Shown: positions 41,325 through 50,852 of the stretch, in pieces
How the letters are laid out: each line of letters begins with the position of its first letter
Position numbering within the stretch: position 1 is the first letter of the stretch
Source of the DNA: an uncultured Caldilineaceae bacterium
GTDB taxonomy: Bacteria; Chloroflexota; Anaerolineae; Caldilineales; Caldilineaceae
Direction of reading: 5' to 3'
NCBI GenBank assembly: GCA_964560495.1
Contig: CAZLMM010000024.1
Location: 316 to 64,315, forward strand
Length of the DNA: 64,000 nucleotides
Program-made: the position numbers and the translations under genes
Notes under the pieces: model-generated
What the model was told of the DNA's origin: nothing
The model's database searches: none
Seen by the model: only the letters and a program-made list of their open reading frames with translations

Positions 41325-42197
41325 CTAATTCACCTGTAGCAGTTCTTTGATGTTTGCGCCGGCTGTCATCACTGGTTGAATCACCGGCGCCTTGCTCGTC
41401 ATGAGCACGGCGATGCCCGGCCCATAGCCGCTGCGGAAACTGCCGCCTTGACAGACCACGCCGATCGCCATCGCGCCCGCCAGAAAACCGTGGCCATAAC
41501 GACTATCCCAATCAGCCACGGCCACGAGGTCGCCAAAGCGCAGGTCGGCCAAACCGGCCGCGGCGAAGCGCTCTGGGTCGGATGTTTGCAAATTGAGCGC
41601 GCCATTCTCGCTGCCCAAACCGGCCCCTGCCCCCGCCAATACACTCGGCGCGACGCCCCGCACCGGTACAACCAGCTTGCCGTCGCCGCTCACATCCGGG
41701 TTGAGCGCATCCAGCAACGCAGGCGAACAGCTCTTGAACTGGATATCGGGAAACTCAGCGAGCTGTAAACCCACGCCGTGGGCCTGCACCTGCACCTTGT
41801 CGCCCGGCGCCATCTTTTCCAGCGCCGCATCTTCGAAGTGGCAGATGACGTGCTCGGCAAAGCGTCCGCTCTTGCCGATGACAACGCCGATTGCGCCGCT
41901 TGCTGCGCCGCTGACCACCCGCGCTCTATTGCCCAGGCAGGCAAAGACGCTCAAGGCTGCGTTGGCCGGGCCGCTGGTTTTGATGGAGACCCCCGGCTGG
42001 ATCAGCTCCGCCGCCCAACCCAGCGCATGGTCGCCCAGTTTTACATTGTAGACCAGTCCGCCATAGGCCGGCACGACCAGCGGCTCGCCGTCAGCCGACA
42101 CCAGATAGGGACTGGCGGGTAGACCCGGCATGGATGGATTGGCGATCTCACCCAGAACGGAGATTTTTACAAGTTGTGATACGTTTGTTGTCAGCAT
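41325..42197 (-). CDS. uncharacterised protein, DUF4438-like (paralogue 1)
   Basis: 290-aa ORF collinear with the adjacent 286-aa ORF. Shared blocks: 'TN..QLVK', 'VYN..(L/V)G..A.GWA', 'PGVSI', 'GDLVAV.D.D.R.G.GF' and 'GANI'. The DUF4438 name is from memory of that family's length and N-terminus, not from a search. Confidence 0.65.
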   Translation of the reverse strand: MLTTNVSQLVKISVLGEIANPSMPGLPASPYLVSADGEPLVVPAYGGLVYNVKLGDHALGWAAELIQPGVSIKTSGPANAALSVFACLGNRARVVSGAASGAIGVVIGKSGRFAEHVICHFEDAALEKMAPGDKVQVQAHGVGLQLAEFPDIQFKSCSPALLDALNPDVSGDGKLVVPVRGVAPSVLAGAGAGLGSENGALNLQTSDPERFAAAGLADLRFGDLVAVADWDSRYGHGFLAGAMAIGVVCQGGSFRSGYGPGIAVLMTSKAPVIQPVMTAGANIKELLQVN

Positions 42198-42305
42198 GAT
42201 TGGCTCTCGAACATATTCATTTGGGTTTTGAGGTCTTGGGGAGACGGGTTTGGGAATTGCCTATTCCCAAAAACCTCATTGCCTCAAGACACCACTGCCC
42301 GGTGC

Positions 42306-43166
42306 TTACACCATCCCCAACATCCTGGCGATATTGGCCCCTGGGTCAATTACCGGTTCAATCTCGCCGTTGGCGCAGACGAGCATGTCCTGACAACCGG
42401 GGCCATGACCTGTCATGACCGAGTCGCCGTGCATGATCAAGCCGATGGTCACGCCCCCGGGCTTGAAGCCGCGGCCAAAGCGGTGGTCGGTATCCATGAC
42501 AGCCACCAGATCGCCCAACTTCAGGTTGTCGATGCCGTGCTCAGCCAGCGCCGCCCGGTCGCCGGTCATCAAGTCCTGATCGACAAACTCCGGCGTCAAC
42601 TCGGCGCCGCTGCCCATAATGTGGGCTGGGATGGTCGCCACAACCGGGACTTGCAGCCTGCCCGCCGCCGATCTGCCCAATCCCCACGCCTCGATCAGGT
42701 TGGGGCCGGCCTTCTTGACCAACACGCCTGGAAAGTCGAGCAGTTTCATGCCGCGCCCTTCAGTTTTGATCACGATGCGGTCGCCGACGCAGAGCTGTTC
42801 CAGTACATCAGGCGCAAAATCCACCAACAATCGGGCATGTTCTCCGGTGACGACGCCGCGTGCGCCTATGGCAGGCCCGCTGGCGACGAAGGCTTCGTTG
42901 CCAACGCAAGTCAGGTAGTGCATTGCGTGATCCACTGCGTCGTCAGGATGGGCGATAGAGACGCCCGGCTCCACGTGGTCGCCCGCCCAGCCATACGCGG
43001 GAGCGCCGACGCGGGCGTTGTAGACGATCCCTGCCATGCCAATGAGCACCCGTCCGACGCCTTCGGTGTCTGGGCGATAAGGCGAGCGATCCAGCGTCGG
43101 CGCGCTGATGAAACCGGAGACCGCCATTTTCACAAGTTGGTCACGATTCGTCCGCAACATGGGCAT
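42306..43166 (-). CDS. uncharacterised protein, DUF4438-like (paralogue 2)
   Basis: 286-aa ORF, full-length paralogue of 41325..42197. See that entry for the shared blocks. Confidence 0.65.
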   Translation of the reverse strand: MPMLRTNRDQLVKMAVSGFISAPTLDRSPYRPDTEGVGRVLIGMAGIVYNARVGAPAYGWAGDHVEPGVSIAHPDDAVDHAMHYLTCVGNEAFVASGPAIGARGVVTGEHARLLVDFAPDVLEQLCVGDRIVIKTEGRGMKLLDFPGVLVKKAGPNLIEAWGLGRSAAGRLQVPVVATIPAHIMGSGAELTPEFVDQDLMTGDRAALAEHGIDNLKLGDLVAVMDTDHRFGRGFKPGGVTIGLIMHGDSVMTGHGPGCQDMLVCANGEIEPVIDPGANIARMLGMV

Positions 43167-43193
43167 CCTTTTACTTATCGCGTAGTCAAATTT

Positions 43194-44210
43194 TCATATC
43201 ACCCGGTGGGCCAGCGAACCATTCTCTGCAAAGCGCCGGACATTGGCCAGAACATCGCTCATCTGCCGATCCCGTGCGCCGCCCGTGCCGCCGCCAATGT
43301 GGGGCGTCAGAATCACGTTGTCGCACTGCAAAAGTGGATGATCGAAGGGGATCGGCTCGTAGAGAAAGACATCCAGCCCGGCGCCGGCAATCTGACGGCG
43401 TTGCAGCGCGGTCACGAGCGCGTCTTCTTCGATGACGCCGCCGCGGCAAATGTTGACCAGGAAGGCGCTGGGCTTCATCAGCGCCAGCTCGCGCGCTCCG
43501 ATCATCTTCTCGGTCTCTGGCGTCAACGGCGTGGCAAGCAGCACGAAGTCCGACGCCCGCAGGAGATCGTCTTTTTCGGCAAAGACAACGCCTTCCGCTG
43601 TCTCTGCCGTGGAAGGCAGCCTCGTGCGCTTGTTGTAAAGGACCGACATGCCAAAGGCGCGCGCTCGCCGCGCCGTCTCTGCTCCGATCTCGCCGAAGCC
43701 GATGACGCCCAGAGTGCGCCCCACCACTTCGAGCATTTGCGATTGCATGTTCATCCACTGAAACTTGTGCTTGCGCTGTTCAGTGCGGATCGGCTCGACG
43801 CCCAGACTGCGGTACGCGCCAGTCACGGTGGCTACGTGACCGCGTATCAGGTTCTTGCTCAGGGCCAGGATCAAGGTCATGGCCAGCTCGGCCACGGCGA
43901 TGCAGCCGTGGAGCGGCATCGTTGCGACAGCCACGCCGCGGGCGCGCGCAGCGTCAAGATCGACGCCGTCGGGTCGTGCGCCGTAGCGCTGGATCAGCTT
44001 GAGGCGAGGCGAAGCGGCGATCAGTTCAGCATTGATGGCTGTGCTCTGCGTCACGATGGCGTCGGCTTTAGGAAGCAGATGGGCCATTGCTGCGGGCGAG
44101 TCGTCGGCTGGCGCAATCAGACCCAGTGATTGCGCTGGTTGCAGTTTGGTAATCCACTCGAAGTCGGTTGGCGTTTTGGGCTCGGCAAATAGGACGGTGA
44201 AGGTTTCCAT
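43194..44210 (-). CDS. D-isomer-specific 2-hydroxyacid dehydrogenase
   Basis: NAD motif 'GVIGFGEIG', plus 'NICRGGVIEEDAL', 'GAGLDVF' and 'ILTPHIGG'. Confidence 0.85.
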   Translation of the reverse strand: METFTVLFAEPKTPTDFEWITKLQPAQSLGLIAPADDSPAAMAHLLPKADAIVTQSTAINAELIAASPRLKLIQRYGARPDGVDLDAARARGVAVATMPLHGCIAVAELAMTLILALSKNLIRGHVATVTGAYRSLGVEPIRTEQRKHKFQWMNMQSQMLEVVGRTLGVIGFGEIGAETARRARAFGMSVLYNKRTRLPSTAETAEGVVFAEKDDLLRASDFVLLATPLTPETEKMIGARELALMKPSAFLVNICRGGVIEEDALVTALQRRQIAGAGLDVFLYEPIPFDHPLLQCDNVILTPHIGGGTGGARDRQMSDVLANVRRFAENGSLAHRVI

Positions 44211-44215
44211 ATGAC

Positions 44216-44917
44216 CTATACAATCTGGGCAGAGCTTTCCTGCCCGTCTTCTGGCGACCAGTTGGCCAACAGGTGATGAAGCGACTCGGCGATGTGGTCG
44301 CTGAGGATCTGCTTGGCCTGCGTCTTGTCACGCGCCTTGAGCGCCGTAATCAAGGTGGGATGGCTGCCCACGACCTCATCGAGAAATGTGTAAATCTTGT
44401 GGCGGGTGCGCAGACAGCGCCGTAGCCCGACTTCCAGGTTGAGCCACAATTTGAGCGCCAGCTCATGATTCGCCTGTTCGAGCAGATATTCATGAAAACG
44501 AAGGTCGATCTCGACCAAACGCGTAAGATCGCCGCTGCGCGCAGCTTGGCGCATCTCCTCCACGATTTCATCGAGATAGTCGATGTCGGCGTCAGACATG
44601 CGCTCGATGCTGTGGTCGAGAGCCAGGAGCTCGAGCGCCGTGCGCACCGAATATAGCTCCTCCACATACTTGCGGGTCAGCGGCGTGACGATGACGCCTT
44701 TGTAGGGCACGCTCTGGAGCAGTCCCTCTTGTTCCAACTGACCCAGCGCTTCACGGATTGGTCCACGGCTCACCCCAAGTTGTTCGGCGATCTGCGCCTG
44801 ATTGAACTCTGCGCCGGGCGCCAGAGCGCCGTCGATGATCAGCTGGCGGAGCACGCCGGTGACATTTTCCTTGAGCGTGCGCGGCTCAATTCGCTGCAAG
44901 TTCTCCAGATACGTCAC
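44216..44917 (-). CDS. GntR family transcriptional regulator, FadR/FCD subfamily
   Basis: N-terminal wHTH 'QIAEQLGVSRGPIREALGQLEQEGLL' and a helical FCD-like C-terminal domain. First gene of the minus-strand operon. Confidence 0.85.
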   Translation of the reverse strand: MTYLENLQRIEPRTLKENVTGVLRQLIIDGALAPGAEFNQAQIAEQLGVSRGPIREALGQLEQEGLLQSVPYKGVIVTPLTRKYVEELYSVRTALELLALDHSIERMSDADIDYLDEIVEEMRQAARSGDLTRLVEIDLRFHEYLLEQANHELALKLWLNLEVGLRRCLRTRHKIYTFLDEVVGSHPTLITALKARDKTQAKQILSDHIAESLHHLLANWSPEDGQESSAQIV

Positions 44918-44976
44918 TGTTCCTCACCCTCTGCGCCTCATCGCACATTTTTTGGGAAGTTGCTTGCAAATCATGA

Positions 44977-45005
44977 TTGACAACGGATGCGACTCATGAT
45001 ACACT
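44977..45005 (+). promoter_or_regulatory. sigma-70-like promoter for the island-2 transporter operon
   Basis: TTGACA (44977..44982), a 17-nt spacer, then TACACT (45000..45005) with an extended -10 TG at 44997..44998. Confidence 0.5.
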
Positions 45006-45015
45006 CCAAAATTAG

Positions 45016-45039
45016 ATTTGTCAACTGTCAACAGTTGAC
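45016..45039. promoter_or_regulatory. operator-like palindrome, copy 2 (candidate GntR site)
   Basis: atttgtcaactgtcaacagttg (45016..45037) is identical to 29109..29130. It contains 8-bp inverted arms gtcaactg/cagttgac around tcaa and starts 10 nt after the -10 element. Confidence 0.6.
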
Positions 45040-45184
45040 GGTATGATTGCTACATGTTCGCTACAGTCTTCTAACAGCGCCGTCTGTATCGTTCCTTGTG
45101 AACGACGCATGTCTCCCATGTGTTGTCCGCTTCGTTCGTTTTCATTCGTTTGTCGGCACGTTCGATTCAAAGGGGGGCACCATC

Positions 45185-46777
45185 ATGAAGTACAAGATAT
45201 CCTGGATATTGGTCGTCTTGATCGTTGGATTGGTCATTGCGGGCTGCGTTCAGCCCGCGCCAGGCGCAAGCGCGCCGGCGGCGGAGGCCGAGACCAGCGC
45301 AGAGGAAGCCGGGGCCACTGGAGGAGGCGTTTTGACCGTAGCGCGGTCGGCTGACGCCAATCTGTGGGATCCAAAGTTTACGAATGACAATAATTCCCTG
45401 TGGGCGCAGACTCAGATATTCGCCACATTGATGCAGAATTCCCCAGATGGCAAAGAGTTGCTCCCCTGGCTGGCGGAATCCTATGAGTTCAACGATGACG
45501 CCACCGAAGTGACCTTCAAGCTGCACGCGGACGCCAAGTTCTGCGACGGCAGCCCGATCACCGCCGAGGATGTGAAATGGTCGTTGGATCGCGGCAAGGA
45601 AGCAGACTCCGCCGTCTCCTGGCAATTCTTCTCCAACCCAGAAATCGAGGTCATCGACGATCTGACGGTCAAGTTCACCCTGGATCGCCCGAATGTGGCT
45701 TTCCCCCACTATCTGACCCTGTGGGGCATGTCGATCCTTTCCAAGAAATACGCCGAAGAAGTGGGCATCGAAGCCCTTGCCGAGAAGCCGCTGGGCTCTG
45801 GTCCCTTCTGCCTGGATCAATGGGACAAAGGGCAGTTGATCGTGCTCAAACCCAACCCCGGCTATTGGGGGGATGATGGCTCGAAGGTGGATGAGGTGCA
45901 CTTGCGCGTGGTACAAGATGACAATGCCCGCGTTCTCCAGGTGCAGACCGGTGAGGTCGATATCGCCCTGGACATCCCCTATGCACAGGTGGAGGCGCTG
46001 CGTGGGGCGGAGGGCGTCGAGGTGATGGTTGATACGCTTTACGGTACGGCAGCAATCCCGCTCAATCAGCGCACGGTGCCCCAATTTGCCGACAAGAAGA
46101 TTCGCCAGGCTATGGCCCACGTCATCGACCGTCAGGCGCTTGTGGACGCCGTGTTGTTGGGGCAAGGCGAGGTAGCCAAGTCACCCTTCTACGGGCCGGC
46201 GATCCTCTACTGGACAGGTGACTTCGAGATACCTTTCGACCTGGAAAAGGCCAAACAGCTCATGGCCGAATCGAGCGATCCCGATGGCTTCTCCGCCGAG
46301 TTGCTCATTCCCTCCGGCGACACGATGGCGCAGCAGACCGCTGTCATCCTCAAGGATCAGCTGGCGCAGATCGGCATCGACATCACCATCACGCCGGTCG
46401 AGTCTGGCACATGGTGGGAGATGTGGTCTGGCGGCACCTATCAGATGCTCTACAAACTGGGCACCAACGACGTGATTGACCCGGCGGAGAATCTCCCCTT
46501 CGACTTCTGGTCCATCGAGGAGGGCGGCTCGGATGCAGCCTTCACCGGCTTCTATAACGCCCGCATCGTGGAGCTGAGCCAGATGGCCGAGCGCGAGTTC
46601 GACTCGGCCAAGCGCGCCGAGCTCTACTACGAACTGCAGCAGATCGCCATGGACGAGACGCCGCAATTGTGGCTCTTCCATCCCTCCAACCGCTGGGCGA
46701 CGCGCGACAATATCGAAGGTTTCTCGGTTTTCCCCACCGGCTTGCACCGCTTCTGGTTGGCGTCGAAGGCGCAGTGA
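45185..46777 (+). CDS. ABC transporter substrate-binding protein, family 5, lipoprotein
   Basis: ORF 45047..46777 trimmed to ATG 45185 ('MKYKISWILVVLIVGLVIAGC', lipobox-like 'IAGC'). About 530 aa, DppA/OppA-like. Confidence 0.85.
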   Translation: MKYKISWILVVLIVGLVIAGCVQPAPGASAPAAEAETSAEEAGATGGGVLTVARSADANLWDPKFTNDNNSLWAQTQIFATLMQNSPDGKELLPWLAESYEFNDDATEVTFKLHADAKFCDGSPITAEDVKWSLDRGKEADSAVSWQFFSNPEIEVIDDLTVKFTLDRPNVAFPHYLTLWGMSILSKKYAEEVGIEALAEKPLGSGPFCLDQWDKGQLIVLKPNPGYWGDDGSKVDEVHLRVVQDDNARVLQVQTGEVDIALDIPYAQVEALRGAEGVEVMVDTLYGTAAIPLNQRTVPQFADKKIRQAMAHVIDRQALVDAVLLGQGEVAKSPFYGPAILYWTGDFEIPFDLEKAKQLMAESSDPDGFSAELLIPSGDTMAQQTAVILKDQLAQIGIDITITPVESGTWWEMWSGGTYQMLYKLGTNDVIDPAENLPFDFWSIEEGGSDAAFTGFYNARIVELSQMAEREFDSAKRAELYYELQQIAMDETPQLWLFHPSNRWATRDNIEGFSVFPTGLHRFWLASKAQ

Positions 46778-46811
46778 CGACGGAGTAACGGCTGTGTGAG
46801 GCAGTGAGGTA

Positions 46812-46858
46812 GTAAGGGAATGAGGTGATGGGGGTCGCCCATCACCTCATTCCCTTAC
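46812..46858 (+). other. intercistronic stem-loop (21-bp perfect stem) between SBP and permease genes
   Basis: gtaagggaatgaggtgatggg (46812..46832) pairs with cccatcacctcattcccttac (46838..46858), with a 5-nt loop. Confidence 0.8.
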
Positions 46859-46896
46859 CGCGGCGCTATTCCCGTTCGCGACCAAAGAAACGACAC

Positions 46897-47838
46897 GTGG
46901 ACATCCTGATTTTTCTGCGCAAGCGACTGATCCACATGATCCCGGTGCTCTTTGGGATTCTGGTGGTCGTCTTTCTCATGATCCGGCTGATCCCCGGCGA
47001 CCCGGCGCGCATCATGTTGGGCACCCACGCCACGCCAGAGAGCGTGGCTGCGCTGCGCGCCGAGCTGGGATTGGATGCGCCGCTGTGGCAGCAATTTCTG
47101 GTGTTCATGGTCAACGTCTTGCAGGGCGACCTGGGCATATCGCTCGTCTACCGTCGCCCGGTGATCAACGTGATCTTCGAGCGGCTGCCGCCCACCCTGT
47201 TCCTCATTGCCTATGCAGCGATTTTGTCCCTGCTCATCACCATTCCCCTGGCCCTGTGGGCTGCGCTGCGCCAGAACCGAGGGCCGGATCAAGCCGTGCG
47301 GGTCGGTTCCACACTGACCCTTTCCATGCCGAGCTTCTGGCTCGGTCTCAATCTGCTCATTCTCTTTGCCGTGCGTATCCCCCTTTTTCCCGTGGCTGGC
47401 TATGGCGACAGTTTCCTGGATCATCTCTGGCATCTCTTCCTGCCATCAGTGACCATCATGCTGCTTCTGGCGCCCATGTTGATCCGCAGTCTGCGCAGCG
47501 GGCTGATCGACGTGCTGAAAGCTCCCTATGTGGAGTTTGCCCGCGCGAAAGGCATCAGTGAGCGACGAGTGCTCCAGCGCCACGTGCTACGCAACGCCAT
47601 GATCTCGACTGTAACCATCCTGGGACTGAACATCGGCTGGTTGATCGGCGGCACAGTCGTTATCGAGACGGTCTTCACCATTGCCGGCATGGGGTCGCTT
47701 ATCGTCAGCTCCATCTACGCCCGCGACTATCCTGTCATCCAGGGTGTGACATTGGTCTTTGCGCTGCTGGTCATCTCCATCAACCTGGTGACGGACGTCG
47801 TCTACGCTCTACTGGATCCGAGGGTCAGCTATGATTGA
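46897..47838 (+). CDS. peptide-type ABC transporter permease (DppB-like)
   Basis: ORF 46825..47838 with preferred GTG at 46897 ('VDILIFLRKRLIHMIPVLFG' matches the usual DppB N-terminus). Upstream codons are encoded by the intercistronic hairpin. Confidence 0.8.
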   Translation: MDILIFLRKRLIHMIPVLFGILVVVFLMIRLIPGDPARIMLGTHATPESVAALRAELGLDAPLWQQFLVFMVNVLQGDLGISLVYRRPVINVIFERLPPTLFLIAYAAILSLLITIPLALWAALRQNRGPDQAVRVGSTLTLSMPSFWLGLNLLILFAVRIPLFPVAGYGDSFLDHLWHLFLPSVTIMLLLAPMLIRSLRSGLIDVLKAPYVEFARAKGISERRVLQRHVLRNAMISTVTILGLNIGWLIGGTVVIETVFTIAGMGSLIVSSIYARDYPVIQGVTLVFALLVISINLVTDVVYALLDPRVSYD

Positions 47839-48712
47839 CGCGCCTACAGCGAGCGAACGATCCGTGGACAGGCGGGAAGGCTGGTTGGCGCGCTGGGGTG
47901 CTCCGTCTTGGTTGCGACGCACATCCTTGATCTTTGGCGCGGCCGTTCTGCTGACAATCCTGGTCGCCAGTATCTTTGCTGGGCAGATCAGCCCACATGA
48001 CCCCATCGCTCAGAATTTGTCGAACACCCTGCGACCGCCCAGCACCGAACATCCCTTCGGCACCGACAACTTCGGTCGCGATATCTTCAGCCGTGTGCTC
48101 CACGCTGCCAAGCTCGACTTGATGATCGGCGTGCTCTGCGTGCTCTTTCCCATGATCATCGGCGTGCTGCTCGGCTGTCTGGCAGGCTACCTGGGCGGCC
48201 ACACTGACACGGTGATCATGCGCACGGTGGACACCTTCACCGCTTTCCCATTCCTGGTGCTGGTGATCGCCATCATCGCCATCATGGGGCCGGGGCTGTA
48301 CAGCATGTTCGTCGCGCTGACGCTGGCGGGATGGAGCGCCTACACGCGCATCGTGCGTGGGGAAATCCTGGTGGTGAAACGAGCGGAATACATCCAGGCG
48401 GCGCGGGCGTTGGGCTATAGTCGATCGCGCATCATGTTTCGCCATGTGCTGCCCAATGTGGTCTCGCCGGCCGTCATTTTTGCCATGGCCGACATCGTAC
48501 TCGTGATCCTCTCCACCACTGCGTTGAGCTTCCTGGGCCTGGGCGTACAGCCTCCCACGCCTGAGTGGGGCAGCATGATCGCCGAAGGCCGCGTCTACAT
48601 GATGACCGCGTGGTGGCTGGTAACGCTGCCTGGCCTGGCAATCGTGGCCGTAGGTTTGGCGCTCAGCTTTTTTGGCGATGGCCTGGCCGATCTCTTGCGC
48701 ACCGAGGATTAG
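47831..48712 (+). CDS. peptide-type ABC transporter permease (DppC-like)
   Basis: 293-aa multi-TM ORF that overlaps the upstream permease gene by 8 nt. EAA-loop-like 'QAARALGYSRSRIMFRHVLPN'. Confidence 0.85.
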   Translation: MIDAPTASERSVDRREGWLARWGAPSWLRRTSLIFGAAVLLTILVASIFAGQISPHDPIAQNLSNTLRPPSTEHPFGTDNFGRDIFSRVLHAAKLDLMIGVLCVLFPMIIGVLLGCLAGYLGGHTDTVIMRTVDTFTAFPFLVLVIAIIAIMGPGLYSMFVALTLAGWSAYTRIVRGEILVVKRAEYIQAARALGYSRSRIMFRHVLPNVVSPAVIFAMADIVLVILSTTALSFLGLGVQPPTPEWGSMIAEGRVYMMTAWWLVTLPGLAIVAVGLALSFFGDGLADLLRTED

Positions 48713-48715
48713 CCG

Positions 48716-49698
48716 ATGGAGCCAATTCTGGAGGTGCGCGACCTGACTACGCAGATCGCAACCAAACGTGGGACGCTGACCGCGGTGGATGAAGTCAGTT
48801 TTTCGTTGCAGCGCGGCGAAATTCTCGGTATTGTGGGCGAAAGCGGCTGTGGTAAGAGCATGACCTGTCGCTCCATCCTCCAGCTCCTGCCTGCATCTGG
48901 CAGGGTGGTGGGGGGCGAGGCCATCTACGGCGGGCGCGACCTTCTGAAGCTCCCAATCAAGGAGTTCAACCAGTTGCGTGGTCGGGAGATTGCCATGATC
49001 TTCCAGGACCCCATGGCCGTGCTCAACCCAGTGCATCGGGTGGGAGACCAGCTGACCGAGGCCATGTTGGAGCATGGCATCGTGAAATCGAAGGGTGCAG
49101 CCAGGGCGCGCGCCATCGAGCTGCTGCGCAAAGTGGGCATTCCCGCGCCAGAAGAACGGCTGGCCGCATATCCCCATCACTTCAGCGGCGGCATGTGCCA
49201 GCGCCTGGTGATCGCCATTGCCTTGGCGTGCGAGCCGGCCATCATCCTGGCCGACGAACCGACGACTGCCCTGGATGTCACGATCCAGGATCAAATTTTG
49301 AAGCTGCTCATTGGTCTCCAACACGAGTTGGGTCTGAGCCTGCTGTTGGTGACCCATGACATGGGGGTTGTGGCGCAAACATGCCAGCGAGTGGCGGTGA
49401 TGTACGCCGGTAAGATCGTGGAGCTGGCGGACAAGGTTGCGCTCTTTACCGCGCCCCGTCATCCTTACACACGGGGCCTGCTCGACTGCGTGCCCCGCGT
49501 CCAGGAAGATGGCAACGTGCGTCCCTTGACGCCCATCCCAGGCGCGCCGCCTGATCTGGTGCAGCCGCCCAGCGGCTGCCGTTTTCACCCGCGCTGCCCA
49601 TTGGCCAGCGACGAGTGCAAACAGGGCGACTTCCCACTCCGCGAGGTGGCGCCAGGTCATTTGAGCGCGTGCATCAAGCATGAGCAGATGAGAACTGT

Positions 49699-49702
<4 letters not shown>
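48716..49702 (+). CDS. peptide-type ABC transporter ATP-binding protein (DppD/OppD-like)
   Basis: Walker A 'GESGCGKSM', signature 'FSGGMCQR', Walker B '[11 protein letters not shown]', and the C-terminal oligopeptide-type extension 'GCRFHPRCP'. Confidence 0.9.
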
Positions 49703-50808
<1,106 letters not shown>

Positions 50809-50852
50809 CCATTCACACTTTTCCCAACAAGCACTCAACAAGGAAGATCACC

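Noticed and set aside
42228-44129. 633-aa plus-strand ORF opposite the DUF4438-like and 2-hydroxyacid dehydrogenase genes
   Set aside because: The reasoning is the same. The minus-strand genes have clear NAD-binding and catalytic motifs or a paralogue pair, and this ORF has none.
46825-46896. N-terminal extension 'MMGVAHHLIPLPRRYSRSRPKKRH' of the DppB-like ORF
   Set aside because: These codons are simply the right arm of the 21-bp intercistronic hairpin. The usual DppB N-terminus begins at GTG 46897.
47825-49681. 618-aa minus-strand ORF opposite the DppC/DppD-like genes
   Set aside because: It is antisense to ABC genes with Walker and signature motifs and has shadow composition.
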